From the NCBI GenBank assembly GCA_034431095.1, contig DAOUDM010000019.1:13653-77652 (forward strand): a stretch of 64,000 nt of DNA, in the 5' to 3' direction. Made by a program: the position numbers and the translations under genes. The notes under the pieces are model-generated. The model had not been told where the DNA came from. It searched no databases and worked only from the letters and a program-made list of their open reading frames with translations. Origin of the DNA: Dehalococcoidales bacterium. GTDB lineage: Bacteria; Chloroflexota; Dehalococcoidia; Dehalococcoidales; W693. The stretch's first letter is position 1. The number at the start of each line of letters is the position of its first letter. Shown here piece after piece: positions 20,862-32,959 of the stretch.

Positions 20862-21479
20862 TTACTTCCCCGATTTACCTATAAGTAATAATCCGTTTTT
20901 AGCGCCGGGTACAGCTCCCTTGACCAGCAACAGGTTGCGCTCGGGGTCGGTCTTGAGCACCTCAAGTTTTCGTACTGTGACCCGTTCGTCCCCCATGTGT
21001 CCGGACATACGTGTTCCTTTAAACACCCGGCCGGGTGAGGAGCCGGCCCCGATAGAGCCCGGAGCCCGGTGCCGGTCGGACTGGCCGTGTGTTTTCGGCC
21101 CACCGGCAAAGCCGTAGCGCTTGACGGTTCCGGCAAAGCCCTTCCCCTTGGACACGCCGGTAACATCAACCAGGTCGCCAGCCTGAAACAGGCTGACATC
21201 GACGCTATCTCCCACCTTGATACCCTCGGTATCATCCAGCCTGAACTCTCTTAGATATTTGAAGTCTCCCAGCTCTTTGAGGTGTCCCCGCTGGGGAGAC
21301 TTGAGCTTTTTCGCCCTGCCGAAGCCAAGCTGGGCGGCGTTATAGCCCTCCTTGGCTTCTGTCTTAACCTGTATCACAACGCACGGGCCGGCCTCGACGA
21401 CGGTTACCGCCTCGGCTTTGCCGTTGTCCCTGAATATCTGGGTCATGCCCAGCTTGCGTCCTATAATCTCCTGAATCAT
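20862..21479 (-). CDS. rplC: 50S ribosomal protein L3
   Basis: 205-aa ORF with the L3 pattern (G.KLGMTQIF, GKGFAG..KR). Confidence 0.95.
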   Translation of the reverse strand: MIQEIIGRKLGMTQIFRDNGKAEAVTVVEAGPCVVIQVKTEAKEGYNAAQLGFGRAKKLKSPQRGHLKELGDFKYLREFRLDDTEGIKVGDSVDVSLFQAGDLVDVTGVSKGKGFAGTVKRYGFAGGPKTHGQSDRHRAPGSIGAGSSPGRVFKGTRMSGHMGDERVTVRKLEVLKTDPERNLLLVKGAVPGAKNGLLLIGKSGK

Positions 21480-21490
21480 ACCGGTATAAC

Positions 21491-21808
21491 CTATGTACCT
21501 ATAGTCTTTATGTCTATGCCAACCCCGGCTGGTAGGTTGAGTTTGGTCAGAGCGTCTATCGTCTTCGAGGTCGTCTCTACAATATCAATAAAGCGCTTAT
21601 GTGTCCTGATTTCAAACTGCTCCTGCGAGTCCTTGTCGATAAAAGGTGAGCGGATGACACTGAACCTCTTGATGCGGGTTGGCAGTGGCACCGGGCCGAT
21701 AGTAATAGCCCCCGTTCTCTCCAGCGCCTCGACAATCTGCTGAGCCGCCTGGTCGAGTATCTTATGGTCAAAACCCTTTAGTTTGATGCGAATCTTCTGC
21801 TTTGGCAT
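21491..21808 (-). CDS. rpsJ: 30S ribosomal protein S10
   Basis: 105-aa ORF containing [13 protein letters not shown]. Confidence 0.95.
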   Translation of the reverse strand: MPKQKIRIKLKGFDHKILDQAAQQIVEALERTGAITIGPVPLPTRIKRFSVIRSPFIDKDSQEQFEIRTHKRFIDIVETTSKTIDALTKLNLPAGVGIDIKTIGT

Positions 21809-21834
21809 ATATAAATCACCCTAATCCTGGATAA

Positions 21835-23916
<2,082 letters not shown>

Positions 23917-23992
23917 GACCATAGCCTCTCGTTTCAACCCTGCCGTTAGCGGCTTTTTTTCTATTATTCTGGTATTTATAGTCTGTAACCTC

Positions 23993-24463
23993 TCACCATC
24001 TATAGTGGGCAAAAGCCCGGTTAGCCTCGGCCATCTTATGAGTATCCTCACGCTTCTTGACCGCCGCTCCCTGTCCCTTTGAAGCATCGATAAGCTCCGA
24101 TGCCAGTTTTTCCGCCATAGACTTACCGGTTCTGGCTCGGGCTGATTTGAGCAGCCACCGTATAGCCAGGGCTATGTTGCGGCCCGGCCTGACCTCCACC
24201 GGCACCTGATAGGTAGCGCCGCCAACGCGACGCGGCTTTACCTCAAGTAAGGGGGTGGCATTGCGCACCGCCGCCTCCAGAATACTGACCGGCTCTCTAC
24301 CCTCGCTCTTCTCTATAATCTCCAGAGACTGGTAAACAATCTGCTCGGCGGTAGTCTTCTTACCGTTAAGCATTACTTTATTAACCAGCCTGGATACGGT
24401 TAGATTATTGTACTTGGCGTCAGGTATGACCTCTCTTTTCTTGACCGCTGCCCGCCTTGGCAT
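23993..24463 (-). CDS. rpsG: 30S ribosomal protein S7
   Basis: 156-aa ORF beginning MPRR, with the C-terminus [10 protein letters not shown]. Confidence 0.95.
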   Translation of the reverse strand: MPRRAAVKKREVIPDAKYNNLTVSRLVNKVMLNGKKTTAEQIVYQSLEIIEKSEGREPVSILEAAVRNATPLLEVKPRRVGGATYQVPVEVRPGRNIALAIRWLLKSARARTGKSMAEKLASELIDASKGQGAAVKKREDTHKMAEANRAFAHYRW

Positions 24464-24471
24464 CTCTCCCC

Positions 24472-24909
24472 CTATACTTCGTCAGTCTCAGCCGTCTTTT
24501 TAGCCCGCTTACTGCCGTATTTACTGCGGCCCTGACGGCGATTGGCGACACCGCTGGTATCCAGCGTTCCCCTTACAATATGATAGCGGACGCCAGGCAA
24601 ATCTGGCACCCGCCCACCACGAATCAGCACCACGGAGTGCTCCTGAAGCTCATGTCCTTCTCCGGGGATATAAGCTGTCACCTCCATGCTATTGGACAAC
24701 CGCACCCTGGCTATCTTGCGCAGTGCCGAATTAGGCTTCTTGGGTGTGGCCGTCTTGACCTGTATGCAGACCCCCCGCTTTTGCGGCGAGCCAGCCCCGC
24801 GTACCACCTTGTTCTTCAAGGCGTTGTAGGTAAATCTGAGCGCCGGCGTCTTGGTCTTCTTGGCGACCTTCTTGCGCCCTTTACGAACCAGTTGATTAAC
24901 AGTGGGCAA
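24472..24909 (-). CDS. rpsL: 30S ribosomal protein S12
   Basis: The conserved N-terminus [11 protein letters not shown] follows TTG 24909, with a GGGGGAG SD just upstream. The ORF-track start at 24963 adds 18 non-conserved residues. Confidence 0.9.
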   Translation of the reverse strand: MPTVNQLVRKGRKKVAKKTKTPALRFTYNALKNKVVRGAGSPQKRGVCIQVKTATPKKPNSALRKIARVRLSNSMEVTAYIPGEGHELQEHSVVLIRGGRVPDLPGVRYHIVRGTLDTSGVANRRQGRSKYGSKRAKKTAETDEV

Positions 24910-25034
24910 TTTCTCCCCCTTCTCCGGACAATTTCGAAGGATGAGCCTTAGCTCATCCTTCACAAGCCAAATGAATCGACTGGAACTTTAGCCCAATCAA
25001 TAACCATAGCTGAAGTGGCTATCAACAGCCGCTA

Positions 25035-25064
25035 AGTCTAGCACAAACAAAATATAGATGTCAA
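25035..25064 (-). promoter_or_regulatory. sigma-70-like promoter for rpsL-rpsG-fusA
   Basis: On the minus strand this reads TTGACA (25064-25059), N18, TAGACT (25040-25035), with TGC immediately 5' of the -10 (extended -10). Confidence 0.55.
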
Positions 25065-25092
25065 CAGCTATGATAGCCGATGATATTGCCGC

Positions 25093-25121
25093 TTGACAAG
25101 CGCCCCATCCCGTGCTATATT
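25093..25121 (+). promoter_or_regulatory. near-consensus sigma-70-like promoter for the aromatic amino acid operon
   Basis: TTGACA (25093-25098), N17, TATATT (25116-25121). It lies about 235 nt upstream of the DAHP synthase ATG. Confidence 0.65.
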
Positions 25122-25148
25122 TCTATAAAAGAAAGCTGTGATTTAAAG

Positions 25149-25235
25149 ATGTTAGTTACTGCCAGCCCCCGTGGAATGAATTATTACGCGTATTTTACAT
25201 TTTTCTGGCGCACCAGTGCGCCCGGGAGGTTTTGA
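25149..25235 (+). CDS. candidate aromatic-amino-acid leader peptide (28 aa; or 19 aa from ATG 25176)
   Basis: Hand translation gives MLVTASPRGMNYYAYFTFFWRTSAPGRF*. Seven of nine consecutive codons (25182-25208) are Tyr/Phe/Trp. The ORF lies between the promoter and a terminator hairpin. Its SD is weak. Confidence 0.55.
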   Translation: MLVTASPRGMNYYAYFTFFWRTSAPGRF

Positions 25236-25274
25236 TTTGAAATCCTAGAGAAGAAATCATCGTAAATCCTTAAA

Positions 25275-25301
25275 ATCCTCCCGCCGGGAGGATATTTTAT
25301 T
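25275..25301 (+). terminator. attenuator terminator in the aro leader
   Basis: ATCCTCCC-GCC-GGGAGGAT forms an 8-bp stem followed by ATTTTATT. The upstream duplicate CCGGGAGG (25222-25229, at the end of the leader ORF) can pair with the 5' arm CCTCCCG (25277-25283) as an antiterminator. Confidence 0.55.
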
Positions 25302-25357
25302 AATAAGGGAAAGCCAGGGGGCAATTTATTAAAATACAGGAATAACGGGGGGAGAAG

Positions 25358-26434
25358 ATGATTATAATGGAGAGAGACGCCACATCGGAGCAAATAAAAC
25401 ATGTTGTCAGCGAGATAAAAAAACACGGATTGAGGGCTGATATTTCCAAGGGGGAATTTAGAACGATTATCGGCCTGGTCGGAGATGAAAGCAGGATATC
25501 CTTTGCTCACCTGGCCGCTCTACCAGGAGTCAAGGAAGCCAGGATGGTGGAAACTCCCTATAAATTGATTAGCCGGGAGTACAGCGAATTGTTTGAGGGC
25601 AAAGACGAGAGCCGTATCGTTGAGGTGGGCGATGTTAGAATCGGCGGTAACGAGCCGATATTCATCGCTGGACCCTGTGCTATAGAGAGTAAAGCACAGC
25701 TATTCCGAATTGCAGAAGAGGTTAAAAGAGCCGGGGCTCATATTTTGAGGGGCGGCATCTTCAAGCCGAGGAGCTCGGTGCACTCCTTCCAGGGGCTGGG
25801 TGCCCAGGGTAATGAAGAAGCCAGGGAGGCACTGACCTGGCTGCGTGACGCCGGGCAGAGGTTCGGTATGCCGGTAGTGACCGAGGTGAGAGGGGAGTCA
25901 CAGGTTGACCTGATAGCCGAGTATGTCGACATTCTGCAGATTGGTGCTAGGAATATGTACCACCAGGATATGCTCAGCCGGGTAGCCAGGAAGGGCAAGC
26001 CGGTCCTTTTCAAGAGGCATTTTGGCGCCAGCGTAGAGGAGTTTCTCTCCTTTTCCGAGTATATTGCCGCCGAGGGCAACAAGGATATCATCCTTTGCGA
26101 GCGGGGAATAGTCCCCATCGGCAAGGGTAAGAGCTATACCAGATACACCCTTGACCTGGCGGCAGTCCCGGTCGTCCAGAAAGAGACCTATCTGCCGATA
26201 ATAGTCGACCCCAGCCACGCCGCCGGCCGCCGCGACCTCATCTTCAGCATGAGCTGTGCCGCTATCGCTATCGGTGCCAGCGGCCTGGTGATTGAGGTAC
26301 ACTATAATCCAGCCGAGGCGCTGGTTGACGCACAGCAGATGGTAACCCCCGAGGAACTGGGTAGGATTATCGCCACATGCAAGGGAATCAGCAAGATGGT
26401 GGCATCTGATAAGAAAAGGGTTAAAGCGGTATAG
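25358..26434 (+). CDS. aroF: 3-deoxy-7-phosphoheptulonate (DAHP) synthase, type I-beta with N-terminal regulatory domain
   Basis: 358-aa ORF with a KDO8PS-like core (IAGPCAIES, ILRGG.FKPR.S..SFQG). A ~90-aa N-terminal extra domain is present. A GGGGGGAG SD sits upstream. Confidence 0.9.
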   Translation: MIIMERDATSEQIKHVVSEIKKHGLRADISKGEFRTIIGLVGDESRISFAHLAALPGVKEARMVETPYKLISREYSELFEGKDESRIVEVGDVRIGGNEPIFIAGPCAIESKAQLFRIAEEVKRAGAHILRGGIFKPRSSVHSFQGLGAQGNEEAREALTWLRDAGQRFGMPVVTEVRGESQVDLIAEYVDILQIGARNMYHQDMLSRVARKGKPVLFKRHFGASVEEFLSFSEYIAAEGNKDIILCERGIVPIGKGKSYTRYTLDLAAVPVVQKETYLPIIVDPSHAAGRRDLIFSMSCAAIAIGASGLVIEVHYNPAEALVDAQQMVTPEELGRIIATCKGISKMVASDKKRVKAV

Positions 26435-27508
26435 ATGAGGACAGTAAAGGTAAACCTTGAAAATAGAAGCTATCAGGTTGTCGTCGGCGCCGGCATACTC
26501 GGGCAGGCAGGCAGTTGGCTGAAGGAGGTCGGTGCTGTTGATAGGCTGGTGATTATCACCAATCCTGTCGTGCAGGGGCTATACGGCGACGGGCTAAGGG
26601 AGAGCCTGTCGGCTGATGGTTTTAGGGTAGATGTCTTGACGGTCGCCGATGGGGAGGAGCAGAAGTCGCTTGATGTCGCCGGCAGGCTCTATAACGAGCT
26701 TACTGCTGTCTACGCCGAGCGGGCGACGCCCGTACTGGCTCTGGGTGGTGGTGTTATCGGCGACCTGGCTGGTTTTGTCGCCGCCACCTACCTGCGGGGA
26801 GTGCCGCTGGTGCAGATACCGACCACCCTGCTGGCGCAGGTCGACAGCAGTATCGGCGGCAAGGTGGCGGTAAACCACGGACAACTGAAGAACAAAATCG
26901 GCGCTTTCTACCAGCCACGGCTGGTGTTATCCGATACGGCGATACTGAGGACACTGCCGGTCGGGGAATTCGCCAACGGCATGGCTGAAGTCATCAAGAG
27001 CGCTGTTATCCGGGATGGAGGCTTCTTTGCCTTCATAGAAACAAACATTGATAAAATAAGAGAACTGGACGATACTACGATGGAAGAAGTCGTTTTCCGC
27101 TCGGCTGAGATTAAAGCCAGGGTGGTGGAGCAGGACGAAACCGACCTGGGCTTGAGAAACATCTTAAACTTTGGCCATACGGTAGGCCACGCCATTGAGA
27201 CCGTCTCCGATTTCGGGGTGGAGCATGGCCAGGCGGTTGCCATGGGCATGGTGGCGGCAGCTAGCATCGCCCGGAGGATGGACATTCTTGAAGACGGCGA
27301 GCTGGCAAGGCTGAGAAGTGTCATTGAGGGTGCCGGTCTGCCCGTGGATATGCCGCGGCTGGATACCGGAAAGGTTATTCAGGCGATGAAACACGACAAG
27401 AAGATAGTCGGCGGCAAAGTAAGATTTGTTTTGCCCCGGGCGATAGGCGATGTCTTTGTCACCGATGAGGTAAGCCTGTCGCTGGTCGAGGAGGTTCTGG
27501 GGGGCTAG
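26435..27508 (+). CDS. aroB: 3-dehydroquinate synthase
   Basis: 357-aa ORF with AroB motifs (LGGGVIGDLAGFVAATY.RG, GGKV.VN, LNFGHT.GHA.E). Confidence 0.95.
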   Translation: MRTVKVNLENRSYQVVVGAGILGQAGSWLKEVGAVDRLVIITNPVVQGLYGDGLRESLSADGFRVDVLTVADGEEQKSLDVAGRLYNELTAVYAERATPVLALGGGVIGDLAGFVAATYLRGVPLVQIPTTLLAQVDSSIGGKVAVNHGQLKNKIGAFYQPRLVLSDTAILRTLPVGEFANGMAEVIKSAVIRDGGFFAFIETNIDKIRELDDTTMEEVVFRSAEIKARVVEQDETDLGLRNILNFGHTVGHAIETVSDFGVEHGQAVAMGMVAAASIARRMDILEDGELARLRSVIEGAGLPVDMPRLDTGKVIQAMKHDKKIVGGKVRFVLPRAIGDVFVTDEVSLSLVEEVLGG

Positions 27509-27509
27509 C

Positions 27510-28166
27510 ATGAAGAAGCCGGTAATCTGTGGCGTCGTTGTCAACAGGGAAATGGCAGCGATAAGAGAGGTTGAGCCGTTGGTGGATATGTTCGAGGTTC
27601 GCATAGACCTTATCGGTAGCGGCTGGCAGGGTGTTGCCGGTCAGCTTGAAAAGCCCTGGATAGCCTGCAACCGTATAGTCCGGGAAGGGGGCAACTGGCA
27701 GGGTAGCGAAGCTAGGAGGAAAGAGGAACTGCTCAGGGCATGTGAGCTGGGTGCCAGCATGGTTGATATTGAGCTTAGCACCACCAACCTGGAGAGAGTG
27801 GTGCCGATTATAAAGAAGAAGGCGAAGTGCCTCATCTCTTTTCACGAGCTGGAGAAGACTCCCCCTCTGGGCAGCCTGAAAAAGATTGTAAAGATGCAGT
27901 TAGCCGCCGGTGCCGATATCTGCAAGGTGGTCACCACCGCCCAGAAGTTCGAGGATAACCTGACTTTGCTTGAGCTCGTTGGAGAGTTCCCCGAAACGAA
28001 TATAATTGCCTTTGCCATGGGGGCTCTGGGATTACCCAGCCGTGTTCTTATCCCGTTGGTCGGCGGTGGCATCGCCTATGCCGCCATTAGAGAGGGTGGT
28101 GAGTCGGCACCGGGACAGGTAACGGTAGCCGAATTGCATAAGCTGTATCGGATGATAAGCCGATGA
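27510..28166 (+). CDS. aroD: type I 3-dehydroquinate dehydratase
   Basis: 218-aa ORF with the type I DHQase pattern (E.R.D, S.H....TP, K.V..A). Operon context supports the call. Confidence 0.85.
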   Translation: MKKPVICGVVVNREMAAIREVEPLVDMFEVRIDLIGSGWQGVAGQLEKPWIACNRIVREGGNWQGSEARRKEELLRACELGASMVDIELSTTNLERVVPIIKKKAKCLISFHELEKTPPLGSLKKIVKMQLAAGADICKVVTTAQKFEDNLTLLELVGEFPETNIIAFAMGALGLPSRVLIPLVGGGIAYAAIREGGESAPGQVTVAELHKLYRMISR

Positions 28167-29029
28167 TATCAGCCAGGACCAGGGTCTGTGGGCTAATAGG
28201 CGACCCGGTCGAGCACAGCGTGTCGCCGGCGATGCACAATGCCGCCTTCAGCCACCTGAGGCTGGATTATATATATCTCCCCTTCAGAGTGGGGGGAAAG
28301 CATCTGACAGGGGCTATTGACGGTGCCAGAGCTCTTGGTATCAGGGGACTTAATGTAACCATTCCCCACAAGGTTGCCGTCATTCCTCTTCTGGATGAGC
28401 TTGACCCGCTGGCGGAGAAGATAGGCGCCGTCAACACCATAGTCAATGATAATGGCATTTTGAAGGGCTATAACACCGATGCCGGCGGTTTTTTGAAAGC
28501 ATTGTTACACAGGGGAGTTGAGCCTCAGAATAGAAGGGTGGTGCTGCTGGGTGCTGGTGGCGCTTCACGGGCTATTTCCTTCGCCCTTGCCGAGAACGGG
28601 GCTGAGCTTGTTATACTGAACCGGCAACAGGAGATAGACTGGGCGGTCGAGCTGGCTGGCAGTATCTCACGGCTTTCCGGTAAGGAAGTAAAGGCTTTTG
28701 AGCTTAACGAGCAGAACCTTAGAGCGGCGCTGGAGCCAGCCGATTTGCTGGTTAATGCTACCAGCGTCGGTATGAGCCCCAATACTGGCCAGACACCGGT
28801 TGCCAGAAAGCTGCTAAAGCCAGGTCTGGTTGTTTTCGATGTCGTCTATAATCCAATTAAGACCAGGTTACTAACTGAAGCCGAGGAGGCTGGCGCCAGG
28901 ACGATAGACGGCATCAATATGCTGGTATGGCAGGGGGCTTTAGCCTTTGAGATGTGGACCGGGCTTAAACCCCCGGTGGAAATAATGAAAGCGGCAGCAG
29001 TTAAGGCGTTAAAAGAGCATGAAGACTAA
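28163..29029 (+). CDS. aroE: shikimate dehydrogenase
   Basis: 288-aa ORF with SPAMHNAAF, NVT.PHK and GAGGA motifs. Confidence 0.95.
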   Translation: MISARTRVCGLIGDPVEHSVSPAMHNAAFSHLRLDYIYLPFRVGGKHLTGAIDGARALGIRGLNVTIPHKVAVIPLLDELDPLAEKIGAVNTIVNDNGILKGYNTDAGGFLKALLHRGVEPQNRRVVLLGAGGASRAISFALAENGAELVILNRQQEIDWAVELAGSISRLSGKEVKAFELNEQNLRAALEPADLLVNATSVGMSPNTGQTPVARKLLKPGLVVFDVVYNPIKTRLLTEAEEAGARTIDGINMLVWQGALAFEMWTGLKPPVEIMKAAAVKALKEHED

Positions 29030-29534
29030 TATCGCCCTGATAGGCTTTATGGGGGCGGGTAAGACTGCCGTCGGCAGGTTGCTGGCTAAAAAGCTGGGCA
29101 AAAAACTGGTAGAGCTGGACAACCTGATTGAGCTTAAGGCAGGGAAACCTATCCCCGATATCTTTCACGAGGACGGCGAGGCAGCCTTTCGCCAGCTTGA
29201 GATTGAGGTTACCAGGGAGGTAGCCAGTAGCAGAAACCAGGTTATCGCCTGTGGCGGTGGTGTAGTCCTTAACCAGATAAACATTGGCCGACTTAAAGAA
29301 GAAGGGATAGTAGTCTACCTTGCTGCTTCCCCGGAGGTGATACTGCAGAGGGTATCGGACGATAGCTCGGTAAGGCCTTTGCTTGAGAATAACAATAAAG
29401 CCCTGACTATACGGGAGCTTTTGAGATTCAGACAGCCTCTGTACGAGCGGGCGGCAGATATTAGGATAGACACCTCAGAGATGGATGTTGAGACAGTCGC
29501 AGAACAAATAATAGCCAGGCTTGAAGAATTATGA
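29019..29534 (+). CDS. aroK: shikimate kinase
   Basis: 171-aa ORF with the P-loop GFMGAGKT and FR..E motif. Confidence 0.9.
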   Translation: MKTNIALIGFMGAGKTAVGRLLAKKLGKKLVELDNLIELKAGKPIPDIFHEDGEAAFRQLEIEVTREVASSRNQVIACGGGVVLNQINIGRLKEEGIVVYLAASPEVILQRVSDDSSVRPLLENNNKALTIRELLRFRQPLYERAADIRIDTSEMDVETVAEQIIARLEEL

Positions 29535-30787
29535 AGGCAGTAATCGATAAGAGCGAGATAAGGGGCAAAACATCTGCCCCTCCCTCCAAGAGCTATACTA
29601 TCCGCGGGCTGATGTGTGCCGCTTTAGCTAGAGGCGACAGCCGCATAATAAATCCCTTGAGCTCGGATGATACCGAAGCCGCCGGTGAAGTGCTGGGACA
29701 GGTCGGGGTTGATATAAATAAAGCGGATAACTCGTGGCAGGTCCGGGGCGGCAATTTACACCAGCCGGAGAGAGACCTTTTCTGCCGTGATTCGGCGGCT
29801 ACCCTGAGGTTTATGACCGCTATCTCGTCGCTTATTCCCGGCAGGTGCCGCCTGACCCCGGGGCCGTCCCTCTCCAGGAGACCGATAAAGCCACTGCTCG
29901 AGGCGTTGGCGCAACTGGGAGTGGACTGTTACGACGATGGCGGCTCGGCGGTGGTTTACGGCGGCAAATTGAAGGGCGGCGCGGTGGAAATGCGAGGCGA
30001 TATCAGCTCGCAGTTTGTCTCCGCCCTGTTGCTAATATCACCACTGGCTGAGGTGGGGGCAACCATTCGTTTGACCACGCCGCCAGAATCGAAACCCTAC
30101 CTGAGGATGACGCTGGATTGCCTTAAAAGATTTGGTATAGAGGTAAAAGCCACGGAAGATTTAAGGCAGTTTGATATATCCAGGCAAGAATATAAGCCTG
30201 TTAGCTATGAGATTGAGGGAGACTGGTCGTCAGCTTCATATTTTTTAGCCCTGGGGGCTGTCTCGGGGCAGGTTGAAGTCATCAGCCTGAACGCGGAGAG
30301 TTTGCAGGGCGACAGGATAATGCTAAACTTACTGCAAGAGATGGGGGCCCAAGTTTCGGTGAGCAATAATTCGGTTACAGTCCGGCAGTCAAAGCTAAAG
30401 GCCCTCACTGCTGACCTGTCCGACTGCATAGACCTGTTGCCCACTCTTGCAGTTCTGGCGGCGGTCGCCGACGGACGGAGCAGTTTCACCGGCATCAGCC
30501 GGGCGCGGCTCAAGGAATCAAACCGGGTTATGGCTCTGAGGGGTGGGCTGGAAAGGATGGGCATACCGGTTACCGAGGAGGAGGATAGAATGACGATAAA
30601 AGGGATGAAACCATCTGGCTCGACTATAGACAGCTTTGGTGACCACCGCATAGCCATGGCTTTCAGCGTTTTGGGCTCGGTAGCTGGTAATACGATAATT
30701 GAAGGCGCCGAATGCGTTGCCAAGACATACCCCGAGTTCTGGCAGGTATTCGAAAGCCTGGGGGGTAAGGTGAAGCTGGATGTCTAA
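29531..30787 (+). CDS. aroA: 3-phosphoshikimate 1-carboxyvinyltransferase (EPSP synthase)
   Basis: 418-aa ORF with PPSKS, LKESNR and DHRIAMAF motifs. Confidence 0.95.
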   Translation: MKAVIDKSEIRGKTSAPPSKSYTIRGLMCAALARGDSRIINPLSSDDTEAAGEVLGQVGVDINKADNSWQVRGGNLHQPERDLFCRDSAATLRFMTAISSLIPGRCRLTPGPSLSRRPIKPLLEALAQLGVDCYDDGGSAVVYGGKLKGGAVEMRGDISSQFVSALLLISPLAEVGATIRLTTPPESKPYLRMTLDCLKRFGIEVKATEDLRQFDISRQEYKPVSYEIEGDWSSASYFLALGAVSGQVEVISLNAESLQGDRIMLNLLQEMGAQVSVSNNSVTVRQSKLKALTADLSDCIDLLPTLAVLAAVADGRSSFTGISRARLKESNRVMALRGGLERMGIPVTEEEDRMTIKGMKPSGSTIDSFGDHRIAMAFSVLGSVAGNTIIEGAECVAKTYPEFWQVFESLGGKVKLDV

Positions 30788-31871
30788 CAGTCTGGGTAAG
30801 CTGTTTACCATAACCAGTTTCGGCGAGAGCCATGGCAACCTGGTCGGGGTGATTATAGACGGTTGCCCGGCGGGGCTGGCTATTAACGAGGAAGACATCC
30901 AGCGAGAGATGGAAAGGAGAAAGCCGGGAGCCAGCCCGCTGACTACGACAAGGAAGGAAGATGACCGGGTGGAGGTTCTCTCCGGCATCTTCAATGGTCA
31001 CACCACCGGCGCTCCCATCTGTCTGGCAGTATGGAATAAGGATATTGACTCCAGCGAATACGAAAAGGCAAGGTTTTTACCCCGGCCGGGACAGGCTGAC
31101 TACACCGCCTATACGAAATACGGAGGCTTTAACGACTACCGGGGCGGTGGTAGGTTCTCCGGCAGAATCACCGCCGGTTTCGTTATGGCCGGTGCCGTTG
31201 CCCTTAAACTGCTGGCTATCATCGGGACTGAGGTCTTAGCCCATACCGTTGAGATAGGCGGTATAGTCGCCCAACCCAGAGAATCCGATGAAATAAGGGG
31301 AAGCGCTGATAAAAACGCAGTTCACTGTGCCGACCCCGGAGCGGCAAAGAAAATGATAGCGGCTATCGAAGAAGCCAGACGACAGAGAGACAGCCTGGGT
31401 GGGGTTATAGAGGGCATCGCCCTCGGACTTCCGGTCGGGCTGGGCGAGCCGGTCTTCGATGCAATTGACGCCGAGCTGGCGAAAGCGCTCTTTGCCATCC
31501 CTGCGGTCAAGGGGGTAGAGTTCGGCGCCGGTTTTCAAGCCGCCAGAAAGAAAGGCTCGGAGAACAACGACCCGTTTACTGTAAAAGACGGCAAGATAAT
31601 AACCACCAGCAACAACGCCGGCGGTATACTCGGCGGCATAAGCAGCGGCATGCCACTGGTGGTCAGGGTAGCTGTAAAGCCGACGGCATCCATAGCCAGA
31701 GAACAGCTGACGGTGGATATCAGTAAAATGACCGAGGCTCGTTTAGCAGTCAAAGGAAGGCATGACGCCTGTATCGTGCCCAGAGCCGTGGTCGTGGTAG
31801 AATCAATGATGGCGGTAACCCTGTGCGACCTCGCTATGAGGGCCGGGCTGATACCGAGGGTAATAAGATGA
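30780..31871 (+). CDS. aroC: chorismate synthase
   Basis: 363-aa ORF with FGESHG, RPGQADY and GGRFSGR motifs. Confidence 0.95.
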   Translation: MSNSLGKLFTITSFGESHGNLVGVIIDGCPAGLAINEEDIQREMERRKPGASPLTTTRKEDDRVEVLSGIFNGHTTGAPICLAVWNKDIDSSEYEKARFLPRPGQADYTAYTKYGGFNDYRGGGRFSGRITAGFVMAGAVALKLLAIIGTEVLAHTVEIGGIVAQPRESDEIRGSADKNAVHCADPGAAKKMIAAIEEARRQRDSLGGVIEGIALGLPVGLGEPVFDAIDAELAKALFAIPAVKGVEFGAGFQAARKKGSENNDPFTVKDGKIITTSNNAGGILGGISSGMPLVVRVAVKPTASIAREQLTVDISKMTEARLAVKGRHDACIVPRAVVVVESMMAVTLCDLAMRAGLIPRVIR

Positions 31872-32959
31872 AACTTGAAGAGCTGAGAAAGAAGATAGAC
31901 GATGTCGATACCAGTATCGTAAACCTCATCGCCGAGCGGATAGGGCTTGCCGAGCAGATAGGCAGGGTAAAAAGGGAGCAGGGGCAGCAGATAGAGGACG
32001 TTCAGAGGGAAGAGAGGATTCTGGGGCACATCAGAGGACTGGCTAAAGATAAAGGTATAAAACAGGCGGATATAGAGAATATCTACCACCAGATATTCAC
32101 CGCCGCCAAGAGTATCCAGGGGGGCATCGTTGCCTTTCAGGGGGAGCTGGGGGCCTACAGTGAGGAGGCGGCGGTCAACTTCTTCGGCGCCGGGGTTCAG
32201 GTCAAACCCTACGAGAGGCTGGAGGACGTCTTCCGGGCGGTAGAGCAGGACGAAGTGCAGTTCGGCATCGCCCCCATCGAGAACTCGCTTGAGGGCAGTA
32301 TCAGCAAGACCTATGATCTGCTTCTGGACTCGGACATCAAGGTCTGCGGGGAGATAGAGCTCAAGGTCTCCCACTGCCTGATAGTCAACCCCGGGGTAAC
32401 TCTGGATGCCATAAAGAAAATCTACTCCCACCCGCAGGCACTGGGGCAGTGCCAGGCTTTCATCAAGCACCTGGACTGCGAGCTGATACCGACCTACGAC
32501 ACCGCCGGCAGTGTCAAGATGATAAAGGAGAAGGGGATGTCCGACGGCGCCGCTATCGCCGGCATTAGAGCCGCCGATATATACCAGATGAAGATTATCG
32601 CCCGCGGCATCGAGGATAACCCGAACAACTTCACCAGATTCTTCATTCTGGCTAAAGAGGACGCTCCGCCCACCGGCAACGATAAGACATCTGTGGTCTT
32701 TTCGGTAAAGCACAAACCGGGGGCTTTGTTCGGCTTCCTCGAGGAGCTGGCGGCTAAGAAAGTCAACCTGACCAAGATAGAGTCCCGGCCGACCCGACAG
32801 AAGCCCTGGGACTATAATTTCTACCTTGACTTCGAGGGCCACCGTGAGGAGAAAGCACCCAGAGAAGCCCTGAAAAACCTGGAGGACTATGCCACCTTTA
32901 TCAAGGTGCTCGGCTCTTATCCCAAGGCGAATAAAAGCAACCAAGGAGCCGGCAGATGA
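31868..32959 (+). CDS. pheA: bifunctional chorismate mutase / prephenate dehydratase (P-protein) with ACT domain
   Basis: The start ATG 31868 overlaps the aroC stop as ATGA. The protein has an AroQ chorismate mutase N-terminus (LRKKID.VD..IV.L), a prephenate dehydratase core and a C-terminal ACT domain (TS..F...H.PGAL...L). Confidence 0.9.
   Translation: MKLEELRKKIDDVDTSIVNLIAERIGLAEQIGRVKREQGQQIEDVQREERILGHIRGLAKDKGIKQADIENIYHQIFTAAKSIQGGIVAFQGELGAYSEEAAVNFFGAGVQVKPYERLEDVFRAVEQDEVQFGIAPIENSLEGSISKTYDLLLDSDIKVCGEIELKVSHCLIVNPGVTLDAIKKIYSHPQALGQCQAFIKHLDCELIPTYDTAGSVKMIKEKGMSDGAAIAGIRAADIYQMKIIARGIEDNPNNFTRFFILAKEDAPPTGNDKTSVVFSVKHKPGALFGFLEELAAKKVNLTKIESRPTRQKPWDYNFYLDFEGHREEKAPREALKNLEDYATFIKVLGSYPKANKSNQGAGR

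Noticed and set aside
21809-21834. Absence of tuf between fusA and rpsJ as a possible deletion or assembly error
   Set aside because: The junction is a clean 26-nt spacer. tuf is located elsewhere in many lineages, so this is normal lineage-specific variation.
23917-24087. 57-aa N-terminal extension of the EF-G ORF
   Set aside because: It overlaps the 3' end of rpsG and is non-conserved. EF-G's canonical N-terminus ([15 protein letters not shown]) begins at ATG 23916.
25184-25510. 108-aa minus-strand ORF across the aro leader and DAHP synthase start
   Set aside because: It overlaps the promoter, leader and start of a well-supported gene. It has no SD and reads as low complexity.
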